Shown here in pieces: positions 38,153 to 46,388 of a DNA stretch of 64,000 nucleotides. How positions within the stretch are numbered: position 1 is the stretch's first letter; every line of letters begins with the position of its first letter. Below the pieces are notes generated by a model, which saw nothing but the letters and a program-made list of their open reading frames with translations, searched no databases and had not been told where the DNA came from. A program made the translations under genes and the position numbers. Origin of the DNA: an uncultured Poribacteria bacterium (lineage in GTDB: Bacteria; Poribacteria; WGA-4E; WGA-3G); the NCBI GenBank assembly GCA_958296135.2, contig CATQHZ020000001.1:1952001-2016000 (forward strand), read 5' to 3'.

Positions 38153-40080
38153 TGCGAAACCGCCACGCTTCCCTCACTTCTGGCATTACCCTCCGCGCGC
38201 TGCTTATCGGGACGCTGCTTGTCATCGGGAACGCCTACTGGCTCGCCTACGCTGCGGAGATGATTCAGCCGCAGTTCCTACTCAACTTTGTCTCGCTCTT
38301 CTTCAATGCAATTTTTACGCTGTTTGCTGTCATTGCTTTCAACACGCTGTGGAAGCGGCTTGCGCCGCGCAACGCCTTGACACCGCAGGAACTGCTCGTC
38401 ATCTACATCATGGTTGTGATGGTATCCACCATCGGCGGCCATGCCATGATGACGTTCCTCATCGGCACGCTGGCGCACCCCTTCCGATTTGCCACACCCG
38501 AGAACGAATGGACAGAGCTCTTCTGGCGTTACATTCCGACGTGGTTCGTGCCGGATAACAGTGCCTTGGATGCCTATTTTGAGGGCGATTCCACGTTTCA
38601 CCTCGCCAAGCATTTGCGCGGGTGGGCTATCCCCGTATTCGTCTGGACAGGCTTCGTGGCTGTGCTATGGTTCACGCTCATCTGTCTCAATACGATTATC
38701 CGCGTGCAGTGGACAGAACGCGAAAAACTCGCGTATCCCATCATCCAATTGCCGCTCCAGATGGCAGAGGGACGCAAAAGTTTTTACAAAAACGGCACGA
38801 TGTGGATAGGTTTCTCAGTCGCGGGGTTTATTGAACTGCTCTCCGGGCTGAGTTACCTCTTCCCACAAGTGCCATCCATCCAACTCAACTACTACTCCAT
38901 CTCGCACCTTTTCACCGACAAACCGTGGAACGCTATTGGATGGATATCGCTGTCTGCCTATCCGTTTATTATTGGACTGACGTTCTTCGTGCCCTTGGAT
39001 ATCTCGCTGTCGGCGTGGTTTTTCTACCTATTTGGGAAGGCGGAACGAATTATTCGCGTCGGGATGCTCGGTGAGGGTGAGCTCTATTTCGCGGAGCGCG
39101 CCGGCGGCGCATGGCTCGCTGTCGGCATTCTCGCATTGTGGGGAACCCGCCGTCACCTATGGGATGTCGTCCGGAACTGTTTCACCCCCAAGCAACCTTT
39201 TGACGATTCAAACGAACCGATGCCGTATCGCGCCGCTGTCTGCGGGTTAGCACTAGGATGCATCGGACTGACGCTGTTTTCCATGCAGGCCGGGATGTCG
39301 TTAGGCGGCATTCTCGGCTTTATCATTATCTTCACGCTGATGGCACTCGGCGTGACGCGCGTGCGCGCCGAGTTCGGCCCGCCTTCACACGAGATTCTCG
39401 CGCTCGACCCGGGCAGATTAATGGCTGTCACGCTTGGCCCGCGCCTCGTCGGCACCAGCAACCTGACGATAATCTCTTTCTATTATTGGCTGAATCGGCT
39501 CAACGTCTCGCATCCGATGCCCAACCAATTGGAGGGTTTTAAACTCGCCGAACGCGCAGGGATAAACAGCCGAAAACTGGTGTGGGTGATGATGTTCGCC
39601 ATCGTCATCGGCACGCTCGCCTCGTTTTGGGCGTTCCTTTACCTGCTGTATGAGACTGGCGCGCTGGCAGTGCATGGCTATATCGTCGGCATCGGCAACG
39701 AGGTATTTGGCAGACGCTTGCAACGGTGGATTAACAATCCAACCGGCCCTAACTGGGGCGGCACGCAATCCATGGGTATCGGTGCAATGATGACGTGGAT
39801 TCTCTATTTCCTACGGCACAAATTTATGTGGTGGCCCTTCCACCCAATCGGGTATGTGATGACAGCAGCCACGTGGGGTGGACTTGCGGATTTCTGGTTC
39901 TCTGTCTTCCTCGGCTGGCTAGTGAAGTTCGTCATTATCACAATTTTCGGTTTGCGGGCACACCGACGCGCGATTCCGTTCTTTTTAGGATTAGTGATGG
40001 GCGATTATGTGTTCGTTGGGCTGTGGGCGTTGCTTGGCACATTATTCGGTATTCCGACGTATGTCCTCTGGTCCCCGTAG
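38152..40080 (+). CDS. polytopic membrane protein, DUF6785/DUF6784 (OPT-like putative transporter)
   Basis: TAATG coupling to upstream gene; FATPENEW, EKLAYP, GPPSHE, HPMPNQLEGFK, WWPFHPIGY. Confidence 0.8.
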   Translation: MRNRHASLTSGITLRALLIGTLLVIGNAYWLAYAAEMIQPQFLLNFVSLFFNAIFTLFAVIAFNTLWKRLAPRNALTPQELLVIYIMVVMVSTIGGHAMMTFLIGTLAHPFRFATPENEWTELFWRYIPTWFVPDNSALDAYFEGDSTFHLAKHLRGWAIPVFVWTGFVAVLWFTLICLNTIIRVQWTEREKLAYPIIQLPLQMAEGRKSFYKNGTMWIGFSVAGFIELLSGLSYLFPQVPSIQLNYYSISHLFTDKPWNAIGWISLSAYPFIIGLTFFVPLDISLSAWFFYLFGKAERIIRVGMLGEGELYFAERAGGAWLAVGILALWGTRRHLWDVVRNCFTPKQPFDDSNEPMPYRAAVCGLALGCIGLTLFSMQAGMSLGGILGFIIIFTLMALGVTRVRAEFGPPSHEILALDPGRLMAVTLGPRLVGTSNLTIISFYYWLNRLNVSHPMPNQLEGFKLAERAGINSRKLVWVMMFAIVIGTLASFWAFLYLLYETGALAVHGYIVGIGNEVFGRRLQRWINNPTGPNWGGTQSMGIGAMMTWILYFLRHKFMWWPFHPIGYVMTAATWGGLADFWFSVFLGWLVKFVIITIFGLRAHRRAIPFFLGLVMGDYVFVGLWALLGTLFGIPTYVLWSP

Positions 40081-40088
40081 CGTCCAAT

Positions 40089-40117
40089 TTGACATTTCCT
40101 TGAGAATTTGCTAAACT
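40089..40117 (+). promoter_or_regulatory. sigma70 promoter upstream of SDR gene
   Basis: TTGACA-17 bp-TAAACT. Confidence 0.6.
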
Positions 40118-40248
40118 CTGCACAATTCATCACAACACAATCCAGACCGGCACCGGGAGGGCCTTCCCTCGTACCGTAGCGCGAGGGCCCGGCGATCACT
40201 AATCGCCGAGGGTTCCCCCCGCAATCTGCCGAATGAAGAGGGAGCCGA

Positions 40249-41085
40249 ATGTATAACCTAAACGGAAAAGTGGCTTTGGTGACAGGCGCGGGCGGAAAGA
40301 ACGGTATCGGGCGCGCCATCGCAACCCGCCTAGCGAAAGAAGGCGCAGACGTAGCGGTTAACGACATCACCGCGCATCCTTACGCCGAAAATGAAACAGA
40401 ATGGCAAGGCTTACCGGATGTCGTCCGGGAAATTGAAGCGATGGGGCAATGCGCCCTCAGCGTCATCGCGGACGTTTCGGATGCAGCGCAGGTAGCCGAG
40501 ATGGTAGACAACACCGTGGCGCACTTCGGGAAAATTGACATCCTTGTCAATAATGCGGGGACAATCGCCGGGAAAGACCGGGTGCCTATCGTCGAACTCG
40601 CCGAAGAAGAGTGGGATAGGGTGCAGCGCGTGAACGTGAAAGGCGTGTTCCTCTGCTGCCAAGCGGTGGCACGCCATCTCATCTCGCAGGGGACAGGCGG
40701 CAAAATCATCAGCATCTCGTCCGTATCGGGAAAACACGGCGTGGCGCGCTATGCAGCCTACTGTGCCTCAAAATTCGCTATTATCGGATTGACACAGTCA
40801 CTCGCCTACGAACTCGCACCGCACCGCGTCAATGTCAACGCCATCTGCCCAGGCCTTGTGGATACAGAGCGTATAGGACATATGGCTTCCGTCTTAATGC
40901 CAGCAGACCTCCCCGCTGATGAACAGCGGACGGAGTTTGCCCGGCGCGCGGAAGCATCAGTCCCATTAGGGCGGTTTGCCGAAGGTGCGGACGTGGCAAA
41001 CATGGCCGCGTTCCTCGCCTCCAAAGAAGCCGCGTATCTGACAGGGTTGGCTGTTACCGTCGCAGGTGGTTCAGTGATGGATTGA
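40249..41085 (+). CDS. short-chain dehydrogenase/reductase
   Basis: TGAGG..GIG, LVNNAG, YCASK, NAICPG. Confidence 0.95.
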   Translation: MYNLNGKVALVTGAGGKNGIGRAIATRLAKEGADVAVNDITAHPYAENETEWQGLPDVVREIEAMGQCALSVIADVSDAAQVAEMVDNTVAHFGKIDILVNNAGTIAGKDRVPIVELAEEEWDRVQRVNVKGVFLCCQAVARHLISQGTGGKIISISSVSGKHGVARYAAYCASKFAIIGLTQSLAYELAPHRVNVNAICPGLVDTERIGHMASVLMPADLPADEQRTEFARRAEASVPLGRFAEGADVANMAAFLASKEAAYLTGLAVTVAGGSVMD

Positions 41086-41163
41086 AGGATGCACGCCGCA
41101 TCCGGGCTCGCAATTGTAAGGGCGGATGTCCATATCCGCCCGATACACCTTATTCAAGACGCG

Positions 41164-42012
41164 CTACCTCAGAATCCGCTGATCGCTCAGATCCTTGCCG
41201 CCCACCGTTTTCACAATAGACGCACCACGCCACTCTAAGACTTCAAGCGCGTGGAACGCGTTGACAATGTTATACTGCGTCGGCAAGTCCTCCCAGCGCG
41301 CTTTATGGAATTGCACCGTCCCTTCGCCGCGCCAATGCGCTTTAACGACGCGATTCGGCGTGCGCGCCGGCGTTAGCACCGCATACGCAACATCCGCAGT
41401 GCCCCATTCCCCGGTCCGCGGCATGTATTTATAGTGCAAGGTCCCGGTGAGCGGCTGTTCACCACCCTCCTGCTTCGGCGGGGGCTGCGAATTCTCCACC
41501 GGCACCTGTTCCGTCGCGCGCACGTGCATGTCCATAAACTTAAAACCGAGCCAACTGGCGGTGCAGTGCGTCTCGCCGTTGAACGTCAGAGGTTCCGGGA
41601 GCTCACAGTAAATTTTCGAGAAGCCTAACTCCTCGCGGCCTGTCAAAATCGGATCGGTGAGGTTCTCCCAGAGCACCGTGAGAAATGAACCGGTAGCGCG
41701 GTCTGCCTTGCCGGTGAAAACGACAGGGAAACTGACCCCGAGCGTGTTATAGCCGCGCCCCGCCAGCCACTCAATCTCCTTCATATAACCGCCTGACACC
41801 GACACAACAGGTTCGCCGTTGAGCGCGAAGCCTTCGGGCAAGAATGCTTCTAATTGTTCGCGGTTCGTCAGGAAACTCACCGAAATCGATGTGGACTTCG
41901 GGTTGTCCTTACACTCAAATTTTCTGCCCTCGGGCCCGAATCTGGGGCCAGTCCTCGGTCCAAAATGCGTGGGCATCCGGTACATTGCGTTCGCATCGAA
42001 TGTGTATCCCAT
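41164..42012 (-). CDS. acetoacetate decarboxylase family protein
   Basis: YRMPTHFGP, WLAGRGYN, LWENLTDPILTGREELGFSK. Confidence 0.8.
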   Translation of the reverse strand: MGYTFDANAMYRMPTHFGPRTGPRFGPEGRKFECKDNPKSTSISVSFLTNREQLEAFLPEGFALNGEPVVSVSGGYMKEIEWLAGRGYNTLGVSFPVVFTGKADRATGSFLTVLWENLTDPILTGREELGFSKIYCELPEPLTFNGETHCTASWLGFKFMDMHVRATEQVPVENSQPPPKQEGGEQPLTGTLHYKYMPRTGEWGTADVAYAVLTPARTPNRVVKAHWRGEGTVQFHKARWEDLPTQYNIVNAFHALEVLEWRGASIVKTVGGKDLSDQRILR

Positions 42013-42194
42013 TTCGTTCCTCCATTTTACGTGGGTGATATGTCTCTATTATATGGATATGCGGTGTAATGTCAAGGAATTCTTGTCTGAATCTTGTCAT
42101 CGCGGGCTTTTTCTTCCGGTAGGTGCACGCCCCTGCGCGGCAAACAAACCTCTTAATCATCTTATAAACCCGCGATTCAGCAAGAATAAGCCCC

Positions 42195-42223
42195 TTGACA
42201 AAAAAGCGAAAACGGATTAAAAT
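42195..42223 (+). promoter_or_regulatory. sigma70 promoter
   Basis: TTGACA-17 bp-TAAAAT upstream of 42251 with AGGAG RBS. Confidence 0.7.
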
Positions 42224-42250
42224 TGAAGAAAAATAAGGATAGGAGAGAAA

Positions 42251-43060
42251 ATGAAACTCGCGATATGCAACGAGATGTTTGAAAATTGGAAGATTGAGGA
42301 CGTTTTTGCCTACACCGCTGAGCTCGGCTACGAGGCGGTAGAAATCGCGCCGTTTACGCTGGCAGACTCAGTGCTAGACATCAGCCAAACTGAACGCGCG
42401 CGCATCCGAAAAGCCGCCGACGCAGCGAAAATAGAAATCGCCGGTCTCCACTGGCTGCTCGTCTCGCCGCCGGGACTCTATATCAACCACCCGGATGCAG
42501 AAATTCGGAGCGACACGCGGGACTATTTCCTCGCACTCATCGAATTATGCGCGGACTTAGGCGGGCGCGTCATGGTAATCGGTTCACCGCAGCAACGGAA
42601 CGTCATGGAGCCGCTCACCTTTGAAGAGGCGTGGGGCTACGCGCGCGAAACGTTCGCAGAAGGCGCAGAACTCGCAGGCAACAGAAATGTGATGCTGTGC
42701 ATGGAACCGCTGTCCAGCGATCAGACGAACTTCATTACAAACCCCGACAAAGCGGTGGAGATGGTGGACGCTGTCAATCACCCGAATTTTCAGATGATTC
42801 TGGATGTCTGCAGCACTGCAAAGGAAGACTTGGACATGCCGACGCAGATTCATAACTGCGCGCCGCATGTCGCGCACTTCCACTCCAACGACGACAACGG
42901 CTACCTCCCCGGCTCCGGTAACGTGGACTATCCCCCCATCATTGAGGCGTTGAAGGCGATTGATTATCGCGGCTATGTCTCAACGGAAGTTTTCGATTTC
43001 ACACCAGATCCGAAGACAATTGCGAAGCGGAGCATTGATTTTCTGAAGACGCTCATTTGA
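42251..43060 (+). CDS. sugar phosphate isomerase/epimerase (xylose isomerase-like TIM barrel)
   Basis: AICNE, GYEAVEIAP, EPL, HFHSND, PGSG-VD, STEVF. Confidence 0.9.
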   Translation: MKLAICNEMFENWKIEDVFAYTAELGYEAVEIAPFTLADSVLDISQTERARIRKAADAAKIEIAGLHWLLVSPPGLYINHPDAEIRSDTRDYFLALIELCADLGGRVMVIGSPQQRNVMEPLTFEEAWGYARETFAEGAELAGNRNVMLCMEPLSSDQTNFITNPDKAVEMVDAVNHPNFQMILDVCSTAKEDLDMPTQIHNCAPHVAHFHSNDDNGYLPGSGNVDYPPIIEALKAIDYRGYVSTEVFDFTPDPKTIAKRSIDFLKTLI

Positions 43061-43106
43061 TAGGATTTACGCGGCAGGACTCGGTAGGCGCGCTTACAAC
43101 GCGCGC

Positions 43107-44345
43107 CTACGGGGATTTATGAAGCACATTTTTCAACAACTCCGTATAGATTGCCTCTGTCAATACCGTATTCTTTTCGCTGCTAAACAACTGTTCTGCC
43201 CGCAAGCGCGCCGCCTTGCCCATGGCCGTTAACCTACCCCGGTCGGCTGCCAACGTGGCAATTGCAGAAGCAATCGCCGATGCATCTTCGGGCGGCACCA
43301 ACATCCCCGTTTCTGGTGTAATCAACTCCTTGCTCCCGCCGAGCGGCGTAGCGATGACAGGTTTGCCGACGGCCATCGCCTCAATAATCGTGCGCGGGCA
43401 TGCTTCAGGAATAATAGACGGCACCAGCACGATGTCAAGCAGGGATGTTACGACGCGCGTATCGGCTAGAAATCCGGTGAAGATGACGCTGTCTGCAACG
43501 CCTAAATCCGCAACCTCTTGCTGGAGTGCAGCCATATACTCCATGTCTTTTTGGAAATAGGGACCGCCGACGATGAGGAGTTTCATGTCGGATGGGCAGG
43601 GTTGGCAGGCCGCTCTCTCCCTCAATTCTGCCATTGCCCTTACCAAAAAGTGGATACCCTTTTCTGGCGTAATTCGGGTGACAACCCCTATGCTTATAGG
43701 GTTGGCGTGCGGACAAAGCGCGGCTACAGTCGCCGCCAACAGTTCCGCGCGAAGCGTTTCCACTTCTGCCTCCGTTGCCTGAAAAGCCTCCAAATCGACA
43801 CCGTTGTAGATTAAGGTTTGCTTCTCTGATGGTGCGAAGTCCCACCGTGTTGCTTCCGAAACCAAAATCACGCGATGCAGAAGCCTTTCACAGAGCCTGT
43901 CCAAAACGCCGTAGGAGGTGGCATACCGCTTATGCATCACAATCGGGATGCGGTGCCATCTCGCCACGATGCCGCCGAGCAAGGCTACCGACAGAGAATT
44001 GGCATGGATGAGCTTGATTGCGTGCCGCTTTACAACCCGATGAAGTTGATAAATCGCCTGGAGATGCCCGAAATCGTCAAGAATATCGCCGAAAGTAAAC
44101 CGCCGCGTCCTATCGGCTCTATCCAATTTGTTATGCGCCGCGGGCAGAGACAAAGGGACGACGTGCGCGTCCGTATTCGCCACTTCTGCAGCGAGAGGAC
44201 TGTCACTCATGCACCCGACAAAAGGACGAAAACGACTTTTATCTAACCGGTTGATTAGCAGTAGCAGACTCCGTTGTCCACCACCGATGCCGGAACCGCT
44301 ATCCAGATACAGGATGTTGCACTGTGAAGTGTCGGACGTTTTCAT
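43107..44345 (-). CDS. GT4-family glycosyltransferase
   Basis: GGGQRSL, IYNGVD, EKGI, PEACPRTIIEAMAVGKPVIAT. Confidence 0.9.
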   Translation of the reverse strand: MKTSDTSQCNILYLDSGSGIGGGQRSLLLLINRLDKSRFRPFVGCMSDSPLAAEVANTDAHVVPLSLPAAHNKLDRADRTRRFTFGDILDDFGHLQAIYQLHRVVKRHAIKLIHANSLSVALLGGIVARWHRIPIVMHKRYATSYGVLDRLCERLLHRVILVSEATRWDFAPSEKQTLIYNGVDLEAFQATEAEVETLRAELLAATVAALCPHANPISIGVVTRITPEKGIHFLVRAMAELRERAACQPCPSDMKLLIVGGPYFQKDMEYMAALQQEVADLGVADSVIFTGFLADTRVVTSLLDIVLVPSIIPEACPRTIIEAMAVGKPVIATPLGGSKELITPETGMLVPPEDASAIASAIATLAADRGRLTAMGKAARLRAEQLFSSEKNTVLTEAIYTELLKNVLHKSP

Positions 44346-44733
44346 CTTCCCACCTGATGTCAATTCTTACACACCGCATCGGCAACGCAGCCGCCATCCG
44401 CTCGGCCCATTCAACGATGCAAATGCCGTCTGCCTCTATATATTCCGTTAACCCGAGGTCTGCAATTTCCGCGGCGTTTTCCAGTCGATACAGATCGATG
44501 TGATAGATAGGGATTGTTCCCTTGTATTCATTGATGAGAATATAGGAGGGGCTGCTGACGACTTCGCCCGGGGCGATGCCAACGCCGCGCGCGATGCCTT
44601 GTGTCAAGCAGGTTTTGCCTGTCCCGAGGTCGCCGATAAGCGCGATAACATCGCCCGGTTTCAACGTTTTACCGAGCTGCTCGCCGAGTGCCCGCGTCTC
44701 CTCCGGGCTGTGCGTCTTAAATGTCTGTTTCAT
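44299..44733 (-). CDS. tsaE: tRNA threonylcarbamoyladenosine biosynthesis ATPase
   Basis: GDLGTGKT, SPSY-LINEY, HIDLYRL, VEWAE. Confidence 0.95.
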   Translation of the reverse strand: MKQTFKTHSPEETRALGEQLGKTLKPGDVIALIGDLGTGKTCLTQGIARGVGIAPGEVVSSPSYILINEYKGTIPIYHIDLYRLENAAEIADLGLTEYIEADGICIVEWAERMAAALPMRCVRIDIRWEDENVRHFTVQHPVSG

Positions 44734-46246
44734 ACGTTCCTGCCGCGCAGCGCAAGATGTCCTCTTCCGTCACGTTGTCATTGATAAATTCGCCGGTGAG
44801 TTTGCCTTCGTGTAGCACCAAAATCCGGTCGCTTATCCCCAAGATTTCAGGGAGTTCCGATGAGACAAACACAATCGCAAGTCCTTCTGCTGCGAGTTGC
44901 GCTATCAGCGCGTGAATCTCCGCCTTCGCGCCTACATCAATCCCGCGCGTCGGTTCATCGAGGAATAATATCTCCGGACGCGTCATCAGCCACTTGCCTA
45001 AAACCACTTTTTGTTGATTTCCGCCGCTGAGATGGCTAACTGGCACCGTGAGCGACGCGGTTTTAATGCGGAGGGACTCCACATAGTGGTTGCATTTTTC
45101 AAATTCGGCACTGCGGTTGATGATGCTTTCAGTGTGCCCTAGGTTGGCAAGCGTCATATTGCAGGCGACATCGGCATCCAGAATAAGCCCGTATCGTTTC
45201 CGGTCTTCGCTAACAAGCCCCATCTTGTGCCGAATGGCGTCGCGAGGCGTGCGGTTCCTTACGGCTATATGATTGATAAACACATCGCCGCTCCAGCTGC
45301 CAGAATACGCGCCGAAGAGCACGTTAATGAGTTCAGTTCTACCTGCCCCCATCAGTCCCGCGAGCCCGAGGATTTCGCCGCGCCGCACCTCAAAACTGAT
45401 TGCATCAAGCCGTGGTGGTTCCAAAGAATCAGTGCTGAGATTTGCAACGCGCAATGCTACCTGTTTTTGCACGCGCGCGGCCCCCTCACGTTTTGGAAAG
45501 CGCGCCGCCCGTGAAAATTCCCTACCTACCATCTGCGAGATGAGCATCGGCTCAGTGCATGCCGCAACGGCTTGCGTTGCCACCGTTTTGCCATCGCGGA
45601 GCACCGTCACCCTGTCCGCGCCCTGAAAAATCTCCTTGAGTTTGTGCGTAATATAGATGCATGCCACACCCTTTTCTTGTAATTGCGCGAGGATCTGGCG
45701 GAGTGTCTTCACTTCGTTTTCAGTTAACGCTGCTGTCGGTTCATCAAGCACGAGCAGGCGCGCGTTGCGAGAGAGTGCCTTCGCGATTTCCACCAACTGC
45801 TGCTGTCCAATGCCGAGTTCATGGACAGAGGTCTGTAACGGCAGTGTCAACCCGAATTGCGAGAGCAACTGCGCTGCATCGCGATACAGACGGTGCTTGT
45901 CAATGATACCGAAGCGGCGCGGTTCCTGGCCTAAATAGATGTTCTCCGCTACCGTCATCTCTGAAATGAGTGCCAATTCCTGATGAATGACTGCAATGCC
46001 GGCTCGTTCCGCGTCGCGCACGCTATGGAAACGCTGTTCCTTGCCATCGATGCGCAACTGTCCATCGTAAGTTCCATGCGGATGCACCGCACCGAGGATC
46101 TTGATTAATGTCGATTTACCGGCACCGTTTTCGCCACAGAGCGCGTGAATCTCGCCGGCCTGCACCTCAAACGATACGTCGTCTAGGGCGCGCACGCCGG
46201 GAAAATCTTTCGTGATGGACTGCATCTGGAGAAGCGGCGTTGTCAT
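44717..46246 (-). CDS. sugar ABC transporter ATP-binding protein (XylG/RbsA-like, tandem NBD)
   Basis: GENGAGKST, LDEPT, LSGGNQQK, DEPTRGIDVGAK. Confidence 0.95.
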   Translation of the reverse strand: MTTPLLQMQSITKDFPGVRALDDVSFEVQAGEIHALCGENGAGKSTLIKILGAVHPHGTYDGQLRIDGKEQRFHSVRDAERAGIAVIHQELALISEMTVAENIYLGQEPRRFGIIDKHRLYRDAAQLLSQFGLTLPLQTSVHELGIGQQQLVEIAKALSRNARLLVLDEPTAALTENEVKTLRQILAQLQEKGVACIYITHKLKEIFQGADRVTVLRDGKTVATQAVAACTEPMLISQMVGREFSRAARFPKREGAARVQKQVALRVANLSTDSLEPPRLDAISFEVRRGEILGLAGLMGAGRTELINVLFGAYSGSWSGDVFINHIAVRNRTPRDAIRHKMGLVSEDRKRYGLILDADVACNMTLANLGHTESIINRSAEFEKCNHYVESLRIKTASLTVPVSHLSGGNQQKVVLGKWLMTRPEILFLDEPTRGIDVGAKAEIHALIAQLAAEGLAIVFVSSELPEILGISDRILVLHEGKLTGEFINDNVTEEDILRCAAGTYETDI

Positions 46247-46388
46247 TTTGGTTACACATCCTATACACGGGACTACAGGCGGATCTAATCTGCCCTTACA
46301 AAGGTGCGCGGTTTTAAACCGCGCCTACGGGGTTCGTTGGTTCCCCCAGACCCGAGGGTTCAAGAATCTCAGGACTGCGAGGTCCATC

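Noticed and set aside
44717-46246. Orphan sugar ABC ATPase as a novel system with tsaE and GT4
   Set aside because: Ordinary XylG/RbsA-like protein; permease is likely elsewhere or was separated by the R-M insertion, and there is no evidence of functional linkage.
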